A stretch of 64,000 nt of DNA from Bacteroidales bacterium (GCA_033811195.1 JAPXOZ010000004.1:36625-100624); one strand, 5' to 3'. Counted from the stretch's first letter, positions 27,693 through 37,087 are shown. A program made the numbers and translations. Notes: generated by a model from the letters alone, not told the origin.

Positions 27693-30185
27693 TTGATCAT
27701 TATGAAGAATCTTGTTGGTATATTGAAAAAAGTGCTGCCTTATCTTGCTGCAGCCGCTATTTTTATCATCCTTGCCGTGGCCTACTGTCATCCCATACTT
27801 TCAGGTAAGGTACTTAGTCAGGGCGATATTTATCAGTGGAAGGGCATGGCACAGGAGGTGCAGGAATATTATGAAAATACCGGTAATATCTCAAAATGGA
27901 GTGGCTCTATGTTTTCGGGTATGCCGGCTTATCAGATAACAAACATTCCTCCTCAGAGCGGTTTTGCGGGATTTATGCAGAAGATTTGGACTTTCTTCTA
28001 TCAACTTGCTCATCTATTCTTCAATTCGGTACTTGGAATAATTATTGGATATTTTGTAGGATTTTACATACTTATACGTTCTTTCAATATCAATAAATGG
28101 CTCTCGATAGTAGGATCGATAGCCATTGCACTCTCATCCTATTTTTTCATCATCATAATGGCGGGCCATGAAACAAAAGCACTGACCCTCGGACTAATGG
28201 CCCCCGTGATAGCTGGATTCTATCTTATATTTCGCAAGAAATACCTCTGGGGTATATGCTTAACGATGCTTTTTACTGCATTGGGTCTCTACAGGCATCC
28301 ACAGATGTCATACTATATCTTCATGATGATCGGCGTACTTGCCATAGCGGAGATCTGGTGGCATATAAAAGAGAAACGCTTCCGGGATATGGTGGTTGCC
28401 ATCTCTCTCTTCGTACTTTCAGTGCTCATAGGTGCTGGTACAGGTTATGGCAACTACAGGTCCAATGCCGAATATATGAAGGAGACTATGCGTGGAGGGC
28501 ACTCGGAGCTTGTGAGGGAGGAGGCAGGCGTCACTTCAAACAACGACTCGGGACTTAGCTTTGATTATGCCACCCAGTGGAGCTACGGCATTGGTGAAAC
28601 CTTCACTCTGATGATACCCAACTTTAAGGGAGGATCCTCCGGTTCGGATATTGGTACAGACTCACGTTTAGCGAAGGCTCTTAGATCTAAGGGGGTAGAT
28701 CCGCAAGCGGTAAAATATTACACCTCCGTGGCCCCGACATATTGGGGAGAGCAACCTTTCACAGCCGGACCGGTCTATGTGGGAGCTATAGTTTGTATGC
28801 TATTCGTGCTTGGGCTCTGTATTGTAAAGGGTCCTTACAAGTGGGGATTGTTGATTGCATCTCTATTTTCGGTCCTTCTTTCCTGGGGACACAATTTCGA
28901 GTGGTTTTCAAAACTCTTTTTTAATTATTTCCCTCTCTACAGCAAGTTCAGGGCGGTATCCTCGATACTCGTGGTAGCGCAGATAGCGATGCCGTTGCTT
29001 GGATTTATCGCATTAAGAGAAATATTAGAGAAGAGAGTCGATGCTCGGAAACTCAAGAGGGCACTTCTGATAGCAACCGGTGTCACCGGTGGCATTTCTC
29101 TCTTTTTCGCACTTTTCGGCGGACTTATTTTTAGCTTTACCTCTTCCGGAGATGCCTATATGGCAGCCCAATTCCCCGATTGGTTTATGGAGGCACTCAT
29201 TGACCAGAGGGCTGCGATGTTTCGTAGTGACTGCTTTAGATCCCTTGCATTCATCCTGCTTGCGTCACTCGTTATTCTGCTCTTTGCAAAACAAAAAATC
29301 AAACCGGCGATTTTCACCCTCATTCTTGGAGTTCTGATTGTTGCCGATATGTGGCCGGTTAATAGAAGATACTTCAATGAAGATCATTTTGTCACTAACA
29401 AGGAGCAAGACTCTTATTTTCAAAAATATGCTTATGAAGAGGAAATACTCAAAGATGTTGATCCCCACTTCAGAGTATTGAATCTTACCACCAACACTTT
29501 CAACGAGTCCCGCACTTCATATTATCTAAAGTCCATAGGCGGCTATCATGCAGCTAAATTACGCAGGTACCAAGATCTGATAGACGAGCACCTCACACAG
29601 ATGAATATGAAGGTGATCAATATGCTCAACACCAAATACATAATTGTTGAGCAGGATGGAGCTCACGTACCGATGCTAAATGAAGAGCATTTGGGTAATG
29701 CCTGGTTTGTGGATGAAATAATTTTGGTCGAGACCCCAAATCAGGAGAGCGATGCACTGAGGGTTATTGACCCTGCTACTGTTGCTGTAACAGATAGGAT
29801 ATTTGCCGACTTTGTCACTGACCCTGTGACACCTGCAGATCCTTCCGCTGTCATAGAATTAACATCCTATGCCCCTGACGTACTGACTTATACAACCAAA
29901 TGTGCATACGATAAAATTGCAGTCTTCTCGGAAATCTATTATCCCTACGGTTGGCAAGCCTACATTGATGGCACTCCGGTGGAACATTTCCGTGTCAACT
30001 ACCTTCTCAGAGCTCTCAATATACCCGCAGGTAAACATGATATTCGTTTTGAATTCCGCCCTGATTCGGTGACAAAAGGCAATATGATCTCTGCAGTGTT
30101 TACTTTTGTGATGGTGACTATTATTGTCGCTTCGATAGTGCTTTCTTGTTTGAGAATTTATAGAAAAAGAGAAGAAAAAGAGTAG
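27693..30185 (+). CDS. YfhO-family polytopic membrane protein (GT-C-like glycosyltransferase fold)
   Basis: 830 aa with more than 12 N-terminal transmembrane segments, a large extracytoplasmic C-terminal domain and a final transmembrane segment. This architecture and size match the bacterial YfhO family. 3-nt gap after the kinase gene. Confidence 0.65.
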   Translation: MIIMKNLVGILKKVLPYLAAAAIFIILAVAYCHPILSGKVLSQGDIYQWKGMAQEVQEYYENTGNISKWSGSMFSGMPAYQITNIPPQSGFAGFMQKIWTFFYQLAHLFFNSVLGIIIGYFVGFYILIRSFNINKWLSIVGSIAIALSSYFFIIIMAGHETKALTLGLMAPVIAGFYLIFRKKYLWGICLTMLFTALGLYRHPQMSYYIFMMIGVLAIAEIWWHIKEKRFRDMVVAISLFVLSVLIGAGTGYGNYRSNAEYMKETMRGGHSELVREEAGVTSNNDSGLSFDYATQWSYGIGETFTLMIPNFKGGSSGSDIGTDSRLAKALRSKGVDPQAVKYYTSVAPTYWGEQPFTAGPVYVGAIVCMLFVLGLCIVKGPYKWGLLIASLFSVLLSWGHNFEWFSKLFFNYFPLYSKFRAVSSILVVAQIAMPLLGFIALREILEKRVDARKLKRALLIATGVTGGISLFFALFGGLIFSFTSSGDAYMAAQFPDWFMEALIDQRAAMFRSDCFRSLAFILLASLVILLFAKQKIKPAIFTLILGVLIVADMWPVNRRYFNEDHFVTNKEQDSYFQKYAYEEEILKDVDPHFRVLNLTTNTFNESRTSYYLKSIGGYHAAKLRRYQDLIDEHLTQMNMKVINMLNTKYIIVEQDGAHVPMLNEEHLGNAWFVDEIILVETPNQESDALRVIDPATVAVTDRIFADFVTDPVTPADPSAVIELTSYAPDVLTYTTKCAYDKIAVFSEIYYPYGWQAYIDGTPVEHFRVNYLLRALNIPAGKHDIRFEFRPDSVTKGNMISAVFTFVMVTIIVASIVLSCLRIYRKREEKE

Positions 30186-30190
30186 TTCCA

Positions 30191-31690
30191 ATGGGAGTGA
30201 TAATCAGACAGAGTTTTAAAGGAACGTTGGCAAACTATCTTGGTGTTGCCATAGGTTTCTTTACTACTTTTTTCGTTCTTGTACGTTATCTTACTCCCGA
30301 AGAAATTGGTTTGACAAGAGTGTTGTTGGATGCGGCGGTTTTGCTTGCCGGTCTTTCACAACTGGGTACCGGTTCATCCACGATGAGGTTTTTCCCCTAT
30401 TTTAAGGATGAAAAAAATAAGGACAACGGTTTCTTTTTCTGGACCTTGATTATTCCGCTGGTCGGTTTTGCCATCTTTACTCTCTTGTTCTTCATATTCA
30501 AGAGACCGGTGTGTGATTTCTTCCAGGAAAAATCACCTTTGTTTGTAGATTACTATCATTTGGTTGTTCCTATAGCATTCTGGATACTTTATAACACGGT
30601 ATTTGAATGCAATGCCAGTGTGTTGGAAAGAATCGCGGTGCCGCGATTCATAAAAGAGGTCGGTTGCAGGATATTTTTGCTTGGCCTTTATCTTTTGTAT
30701 GGATTCAAAGTAATCAGTTTTGAAAGGGTACTGGAAGGCTTTGCCGTTACCTATTTTTTGTGCACATTATTGAATATCGGGTATCTTATATCATTGAAGA
30801 GAGTCTCCTTCAAACCCAATTTCAAATATGTGACACCAAAAATCCGTAAAGACTTTACATTATATACGCTCTTTTTGGTAACGGCTGCTATTGCAGGTTT
30901 GATTACGCCGAGCATTAATACCTTTTTTGTAACAGCAAAGATGGGACTGGAGTCAACGGGAGTTCTAACAATTGCGATATATATTGTAGCGATTATCGAG
31001 ATGCCCTATCGATCTTTGGGTGTGGTTTCACTTCCTTCGATATCTCAAGCTATGAAGGATGGGGATCTACAGCGCACAAATCAGTTATGCAAGAGCGTTT
31101 CCCTGCATCAGTTACTGATATCCTCGTTCATTTTTATGGTGATATGGATGAATATAGACCTTTTCTTTGAGTTGCTTCCCAATGGAGACAAATATTCCGG
31201 CGCAAAAATGATTATTGCTATTCTCGGATTGTCGAGAATCCTTCATTCTTCACTAAGTATAGCCACTTCTGCATTGGGATTTTCGAAACATTACTATTTT
31301 TCTCTAATCTTCACCTTTGTTCTGACTTTTACGGCAATTGTGTTGAACAACAAGTTGATTCCAATTTATGGAATTGATGGCGCTGCGTGGGCTACTCTAA
31401 TATCTTATCTCGTAGCTTATTTATTTCTTCTGCCTTTTCTTTACTTTACCACAAAAGTCTCAATTCTCTCTAAAGGACAGATAATAGTATTTTTAATTTT
31501 TATTATTATGCTGCTAATGGAGATATTTTGGAATAGGTTGTTTAAGATACCTTCTTCAATGGGACTAAAAATAACCTTTTACTTAGTAAAAACATTGGTA
31601 ATCTGTTCTTTGGGAATAGCCGGAATATACTTTAACAAAGTTTCCGTTGATATAAATAGAATTATAGAGAAGGTCTTTAGGCGAAAGTAG
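30191..31690 (+). CDS. Oligosaccharide flippase family protein (MOP/Wzx-like)
   Basis: 499 aa with about 14 transmembrane segments, the typical Wzx-type length and topology. 5-nt gap after the YfhO gene. Confidence 0.7.
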   Translation: MGVIIRQSFKGTLANYLGVAIGFFTTFFVLVRYLTPEEIGLTRVLLDAAVLLAGLSQLGTGSSTMRFFPYFKDEKNKDNGFFFWTLIIPLVGFAIFTLLFFIFKRPVCDFFQEKSPLFVDYYHLVVPIAFWILYNTVFECNASVLERIAVPRFIKEVGCRIFLLGLYLLYGFKVISFERVLEGFAVTYFLCTLLNIGYLISLKRVSFKPNFKYVTPKIRKDFTLYTLFLVTAAIAGLITPSINTFFVTAKMGLESTGVLTIAIYIVAIIEMPYRSLGVVSLPSISQAMKDGDLQRTNQLCKSVSLHQLLISSFIFMVIWMNIDLFFELLPNGDKYSGAKMIIAILGLSRILHSSLSIATSALGFSKHYYFSLIFTFVLTFTAIVLNNKLIPIYGIDGAAWATLISYLVAYLFLLPFLYFTTKVSILSKGQIIVFLIFIIMLLMEIFWNRLFKIPSSMGLKITFYLVKTLVICSLGIAGIYFNKVSVDINRIIEKVFRRK

Positions 31691-31691
31691 A

Positions 31692-33233
31692 CTATTCCTC
31701 TTCTACCGGCAACCGGTACTTGTTTCTGAATATTTTTCCCAATATCAATCTCATCGCGGAGACTGTGAAAAGCAGAAGTTTTTTTGAGCCTAGAATTTTT
31801 TGGTAATTAACTCCGTGAGCTTTGAAACCGCAGATCGAAATTGAGTAGGTAGTGTAGTCAAAATAGTTATACATCTGTTCTTCAACTGTGGCTCTCTTGA
31901 AGTCCATAATGTAATATCCGAATTTCTGAATAAAAAGATTGTTCTTTGGCTCAATAGGGGACTTAATCATAGGTATGATTTCCTCTTTTGTTTTTGGAAT
32001 ATGACAGATATCGGCGTAATAGTAGAGTGATGCTCCAAGAAGAATAACTGGTTTATGCCAATACGCAGCCTCTATTCCCATAGTAGAACCGAATACCACG
32101 ACCTTGTCGGCAGCATCCATAAGTGCGTAAGTGTCAATTCTGTCGGTAGCATGGATAACAGTGATATTGGCATATCGTTCACTCAACTTGTATAAGTCAG
32201 TATGGTATTTATAGCCAATCTTGGAAAGATTTGGATGCACTCTGAGGTAAAAGTGATAATCCTTAATCCCCTTGAAGTGGTCCAGAATGTATTTTAGACC
32301 CTCTAATTGTGTGTCAAAGAGAGCTAGTTTGTCAAAATCGCCGCCTACTGCAGCAAATTCATCCTCCGATGAATTGAATATGGCAATGTTGTGTTTGGAA
32401 TCATCCCAGTCCTCGGGAAGAAGCCCTAATTCCTGATGAGTAGTATAAATTATATCTCCTGCACGTTTTTTCTCCCTCCTTTTTATAAAGAAAGAGTTTG
32501 CTATTGATATCTTCTCTTCTTCTTCCAGAGGGGAGTTATTCCACATCTCAGCAATAACTTTGTGTCGATTTTTGATGTTGTGGGATAAATAATTCTCAAA
32601 CACTACTTTGAACGACTTGTTGGGGTTGTGACTGGGATGGACTTCCATCACATCTACAGGAACATTTAAAGTCTTACAAGTATCGAAAAGTACCCTTGTC
32701 TCAAGTAATCGTCCATTGAAGAGTACGACCTTGTCAGGCTTCAATTCTGAAAGAAGTTTGTAAGATGCATCTGTCAACGTGCGGCCTTGATCAAGAAGGT
32801 GGTCAAAATAGGGTTTACTCTCCGGGGTAATCTTTGGGTGGAGATTTCTGGTATTGTCAATATAAAATGATATTGCTGCCAATCCGATATTTGCATTACG
32901 GTAGACAATGTTGCGAAATTCTCTTGATGAAGTGTAACTCCAACCGGTTCCACCGGTTTTAGACTCCGCATAGTCGGCAAAACTGATCCTCTTTATATTC
33001 TTGTCAAGCACGGAAAGGGCCTTGGATGTCCATAATTCACAAGTTATACAAAGTCCCTTATTGGCTTGTGGGTTGCCTGAACAACAGTTCATGATATGTT
33101 TGCCACATTTTTTGCCGCAAGTCAAAAAATAAACTTCATGACCCTCATTAGCCACCTTCTGGGCCTCATCGCTAAGAACACCATAAGCAATCTTATTGTA
33201 TAATATGCAGGTTGAATAAAAGAGAATTTTCAT
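31692..33233 (-). CDS. KpsC/KpsS-like (Capsule_synth-type) putative glycosyltransferase; candidate CMP-nonulosonate-dependent transferase
   Basis: 513 aa with an HP motif (FYLRVHPNL) and the downstream block VVVFGSTMGIEAAYWHKPVILLG, which resembles the S-T-x-G-x-EA...KPV signature of KpsC/KpsS-type enzymes. N-terminal Cys cluster CGKKCGKHIMNCCSGNPQANKGLCITC. Last gene of the nonulosonate operon. Confidence 0.45.
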   Translation of the reverse strand: MKILFYSTCILYNKIAYGVLSDEAQKVANEGHEVYFLTCGKKCGKHIMNCCSGNPQANKGLCITCELWTSKALSVLDKNIKRISFADYAESKTGGTGWSYTSSREFRNIVYRNANIGLAAISFYIDNTRNLHPKITPESKPYFDHLLDQGRTLTDASYKLLSELKPDKVVLFNGRLLETRVLFDTCKTLNVPVDVMEVHPSHNPNKSFKVVFENYLSHNIKNRHKVIAEMWNNSPLEEEEKISIANSFFIKRREKKRAGDIIYTTHQELGLLPEDWDDSKHNIAIFNSSEDEFAAVGGDFDKLALFDTQLEGLKYILDHFKGIKDYHFYLRVHPNLSKIGYKYHTDLYKLSERYANITVIHATDRIDTYALMDAADKVVVFGSTMGIEAAYWHKPVILLGASLYYYADICHIPKTKEEIIPMIKSPIEPKNNLFIQKFGYYIMDFKRATVEEQMYNYFDYTTYSISICGFKAHGVNYQKILGSKKLLLFTVSAMRLILGKIFRNKYRLPVEEE

Positions 33234-33254
33234 ATAACTTCAGCCGCAAACAAC

Positions 33255-34253
33255 TTAAATGATGTCCAGGATTGTACCACCCCATGAGTAACCTACCCCG
33301 AATCCGGAAAGCAAAATTTTGCCTTTTAAAACACCGGATTTTCGTGCTTCTGTTAATGCTATAGGTATTGTGGCAGAGACCGTGTTGCCTACATTCTCCA
33401 TAAAGTAGTAGAAGCGTTTTTCATCGATCCCCATCTTCTTTCTGAGAAAGTTAAGCATGAATTTGTTGGCCTGATGAAAGACAAACAACCCGATCTCTTC
33501 TTTCTCCAATTGATTTTTTACCAGAAGATCATTCACCATCGTAGGTACTACGCTCTGCGTAAAATTGAAAATAGCACTACCATCCATATAGAGAAAGTCA
33601 TCGGAAACGGGATTTCCATTTTCATCATAACTGAATTTGCCGGATAACTCTTTCTGCCTGAAGGCACCTGTTTTAATAATAAGATTTGAAGCTCCGGCAC
33701 CGTCCGTACCAAGAATGAATTCTCTAATTTTCGCAAAACCATCTGCAGAAACAAGGGTGGCTGCAGATGCATCACCGAAAATTGTTCGGTTACCCTTATC
33801 TTTAGAATGTATATGTTTAGTATATGTTTCTGATGTAATAAGAAGTACATTGCTGGCAATTCCCGATAATATGAGTCCTTTTGCTAGAGCAAGACCGTAT
33901 ATGTATCCCGAACAGCCAAGGTTGAAGTCTAATGCGCCTGCAGATGTGGGCAAGTTTAGCCTATCCTGAAGAATGCATGCGGTAGTGGGGAGAAAATAAT
34001 CCGGTGATTGTGTGCAAAGCATCAAAAAATCTATATCAGTCGGATTGATATTGTTTTCTGCAAACAATTTTTCAGCCACCTTAAATGCCATATCTCCGGC
34101 AGTCTGGTCTGCCGCAGCAATGTGTCGCTGAGAGATACCTATTTTCGAAGAAACCTTTTCAACACTCCATTCGGGAAACTCCTTAACCAGTTCTTCGTTG
34201 GTTAAAATTGTCTCTGGTAGATAATATGATATTGCTTTGATATATGCTTCCAT
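33255..34253 (-). CDS. 3-oxoacyl-ACP synthase III (FabH-like) family protein
   Basis: KAS III Cys-His-Asn triad contexts are visible: NLGCSGYIYGL, VFHQANKFM and NVGNTVSATIP. Confidence 0.8.
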   Translation of the reverse strand: MEAYIKAISYYLPETILTNEELVKEFPEWSVEKVSSKIGISQRHIAAADQTAGDMAFKVAEKLFAENNINPTDIDFLMLCTQSPDYFLPTTACILQDRLNLPTSAGALDFNLGCSGYIYGLALAKGLILSGIASNVLLITSETYTKHIHSKDKGNRTIFGDASAATLVSADGFAKIREFILGTDGAGASNLIIKTGAFRQKELSGKFSYDENGNPVSDDFLYMDGSAIFNFTQSVVPTMVNDLLVKNQLEKEEIGLFVFHQANKFMLNFLRKKMGIDEKRFYYFMENVGNTVSATIPIALTEARKSGVLKGKILLSGFGVGYSWGGTILDII

Positions 34254-34255
34254 AA

Positions 34256-35014
34256 CTACATGCAGGTATAACCTCCGTCAATTATTATATTAGAGCCTGT
34301 CATCCAGGCAGTGGCATCAGAGAGCAGATAAACTGCAGTCCAGGCGACTTCTTCCGGCTTGCCATATCTCCCTATAGGGTAATTTAACCGATCCTTTTCC
34401 AGTTGCTCCTTCGACACAGTTCCGTCAGCCATAATGGCGGTGTCGACCATACCCGGACTTATACAGTTAACTCTGATTCCTTTAGGAGCCAACTCCAGAG
34501 CAAGAGATTTGGACATTGCCGCTATGGCACCTTTGGATGCGGAGTAACTTGCAATACCGATGGCTGATACAACTCCTCCTGAAATTGAGGATATGAAAAC
34601 CACAGATGCATTTCTGTTCAGCTGTTTGCTTTTAATGAAATGCTGGGTAAGCATAGTGGGTGCAAAGAAATTAACTTCCATTACAGAATCCACGAACTCC
34701 CTGTTATTGAAACGGAACGGTACATGGTTAATGATACCGGCGCAGTTTACCAGACCGTCAATATTGCCGGAAAACTTTGTCAGGGAGTCGAGTTGTGAAG
34801 CATCTGTCAGGTCTGCGGCATACATTGCATTGTCTAGGCCATCCATCATCGATAAGGTTTCGGCCAGACGAGTCTCATTTCTTGCCGTAATAAGCACTTG
34901 TGCGCCCATTCGGGAACATTCTACTGCAATAGCTCTTCCAATACCTGAGGAGGCTCCGGTAACCAGAATTCTCTTTCCGGTCAATGAAAATGGATTATAG
35001 GATTCGGTGTTCAT
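34256..35014 (-). CDS. SDR-family oxidoreductase (3-oxoacyl-ACP reductase FabG-like)
   Basis: TGASSGIGRA cofactor motif and the YSASKGA (YxxxK) active site. Confidence 0.8.
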   Translation of the reverse strand: MNTESYNPFSLTGKRILVTGASSGIGRAIAVECSRMGAQVLITARNETRLAETLSMMDGLDNAMYAADLTDASQLDSLTKFSGNIDGLVNCAGIINHVPFRFNNREFVDSVMEVNFFAPTMLTQHFIKSKQLNRNASVVFISSISGGVVSAIGIASYSASKGAIAAMSKSLALELAPKGIRVNCISPGMVDTAIMADGTVSKEQLEKDRLNYPIGRYGKPEEVAWTAVYLLSDATAWMTGSNIIIDGGYTCM

Positions 35015-35033
35015 ACTTTAATTAATAATAGTC

Positions 35034-35264
35034 CTATTTTCTACTTTCGACAAGATCGAAAAGATCCCGTATTGTTTTGGAGTTGCGGATATCATCACCT
35101 TTTATTTGGACACCGTATTGTTCATCCACCATAGCGATTATTGTCAGAGCAAGGAAGGAAGACCATTCATCCAGTGTCTTAAACTCTGTCTCAGCTTTGA
35201 ACTCAGAAGAATCAGTTTCATCAAACTGAAAAGCGAAATTTTCTACAAACTTTTGAATATCCAT
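35034..35264 (-). CDS. Acyl carrier protein (stand-alone, glycan-locus type)
   Basis: 76-aa acidic four-helix-sized protein. Its LDEWSSFLALTIIAMVDEQYG block matches the (D/S)S-x-x-x-L phosphopantetheine-site context of polysaccharide-locus ACPs. Confidence 0.7.
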   Translation of the reverse strand: MDIQKFVENFAFQFDETDSSEFKAETEFKTLDEWSSFLALTIIAMVDEQYGVQIKGDDIRNSKTIRDLFDLVESRK

Positions 35265-35322
35265 AATTAAATATTGTTATACTGAACTGCAATTGCAGTC
35301 TGTTTATTCGACTTTGCTTATA

Positions 35323-35964
35323 TCAGAATTTTAAAATTGTTGCAGGATTTCCGACGTAAGAATTACCATCCTTTACTTTAGTCATCAATACACTTGATGC
35401 TCCAAGACGTACTTGATTGCCAATTTTCATTTGTTGAAGTACAACACTTGAAACGCCGAAAAAATTACGATTGCCGATTGATACATTTCCGGCTATTCTG
35501 ACTGAAGGCATCAGTGCATTGAAATCACCTATTGTTACATCATGCCCAATATTTATCATTCCATTGAAAATGTTGAAGTCTCCTATTTTTACATCGCATG
35601 AAAATAGGCAACCGGTGCAAATAATATTGCCTTTTCCAAATGAAATATTGTCTTTATCAAGGAATACCGTGTCCGGAGAAAATAGGTTTGGGAAAACGAT
35701 GTTCTTATTTTTGATTTCGCTTGCAACCTTAAAAACAGATTCGGGATTGCCAATGGCAATCACAACATTTAATTCCTCCTCCCATGCATTCAATTCAGGA
35801 ATATCACCAAGCATCCTGCCATATTTACTCTCTTCTCCAATCTCCTTGTCCCGATTGAAAAAGCCAATGAAATTCCAGATAGGTTCCTTTTCATTGATGC
35901 GGTTTATTAGACAGGCTACTTCTTTTGAAAATCCGCCTCCTCCATATATTGCAATATCCTTCAT
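35323..35964 (-). CDS. NeuD/PglD-family sugar N-/O-acyltransferase (left-handed beta-helix)
   Basis: The start at the ATG 35964 gives MKDIAIYGGGGFSKEV (NeuD/PglD N-terminal Rossmann-like domain). The C-terminal half is made of hexapeptide repeats (IGDFNIF.., IGHDVTIGDFN.., IAGNVSIGNRNF..). Confidence 0.75.
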   Translation of the reverse strand: MKDIAIYGGGGFSKEVACLINRINEKEPIWNFIGFFNRDKEIGEESKYGRMLGDIPELNAWEEELNVVIAIGNPESVFKVASEIKNKNIVFPNLFSPDTVFLDKDNISFGKGNIICTGCLFSCDVKIGDFNIFNGMINIGHDVTIGDFNALMPSVRIAGNVSIGNRNFFGVSSVVLQQMKIGNQVRLGASSVLMTKVKDGNSYVGNPATILKF

Positions 35965-36036
35965 GATAAAAAACTTGTTCAAACAAACCACAAATATACT
36001 ATTAAACTGTGATTAATGCTATCAATTTAGTCCACC

Positions 36037-37083
36037 CTATCTTTCCACTAAATGCTTTACAAGTTCGTTGGCTTTCTTATAGTCCTCGTTTTTACCGATG
36101 TCTATCCAGTAACCGGTGATAGGAAACCTGACAACTTTTGAGCCACGTGAAATCAAAAGTTCAATAAGATCAGTAGCGTCAAAATACTCATTATCTGGTA
36201 TTAGTGAGAGCATTTCTTTCTTTATCAGATATAGACCGGCATTTGCATAGTAGTTGTAGGTCGGCTTTTCAGCAAGAGCCTTAATGGAATCTTGTTCAAT
36301 CTCAAGGATTCCGTACGGAATGGAAACGGAGTAGGGGATAGCAGCGACAGACATATCTGCTTCACTTCGAACAAAGTCGAGGTAGAAATCCTCGTAATTG
36401 ATGTTGGTAAAAAGATCTGAATTCATTACCAATATCGTGTCGTTATGGAATGTTTCCACAAACTTAACTGACCCTATGGTTCCAAGAAATTTTGGCTCTC
36501 TAATGGTATTGATTGTTACGCCGTTTCTTGGCTTGGAGAAGTGCTCTTCCAAGTGTTCTTTAAGATAATTTACTGTAACGGAAATATGTTTTATACCGTA
36601 TGATAGTAAACGGTCAATATTGTGATCAATGATTGTTTTATCTCCCACTTTGAGAAGAGGTTTGGGTGTAGCATCCGTCAAAGGTCTTAGACGTTCTCCT
36701 TTGCCACCGGCCATCAACACAGCATCTACAGGGAGCATAGATTTTTGTTTCGCAGTGTCTATGATTCCAACCAGCCTCAACTCCTCATCAAGTATTGGAA
36801 TGACCTTTATGCCCCTTTTTTTAATTTGATGAAATGATTCTACTGTCTCGCTTTCATTAGATGCATAGAATGAGAAGTCGTTGTTCATAGCAGTTGTGAC
36901 GCAGTCAGTCAAAGCTCCTCCTTCAACCAGTCTTCTGCGGATATCTCCGTCGGTGATTGTGCCGACAACCCTGTTATAGGGGTCAGTCACAAACAAAGTA
37001 AGTCCGATAACAGTAAAATCGTTAAGCAACTTAAGCGCATCCAGTATTGTAGCTGAATTGCTTATGGTATTATTCTTTATCAT
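36037..37083 (-). CDS. ptmE: CBS-domain sugar-phosphate nucleotidyltransferase (PtmE-like)
   Basis: Tandem CBS region in the N-terminal half, then an NTP-transferase domain (VLMAGGKGERLRPLTDATPKPLL). I prefer the ATG at 37083 (MIKNNTIS), which avoids overlap with the upstream SDR gene. Confidence 0.65.
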   Translation of the reverse strand: MIKNNTISNSATILDALKLLNDFTVIGLTLFVTDPYNRVVGTITDGDIRRRLVEGGALTDCVTTAMNNDFSFYASNESETVESFHQIKKRGIKVIPILDEELRLVGIIDTAKQKSMLPVDAVLMAGGKGERLRPLTDATPKPLLKVGDKTIIDHNIDRLLSYGIKHISVTVNYLKEHLEEHFSKPRNGVTINTIREPKFLGTIGSVKFVETFHNDTILVMNSDLFTNINYEDFYLDFVRSEADMSVAAIPYSVSIPYGILEIEQDSIKALAEKPTYNYYANAGLYLIKKEMLSLIPDNEYFDATDLIELLISRGSKVVRFPITGYWIDIGKNEDYKKANELVKHLVER

Positions 37084-37087
37084 TGTA

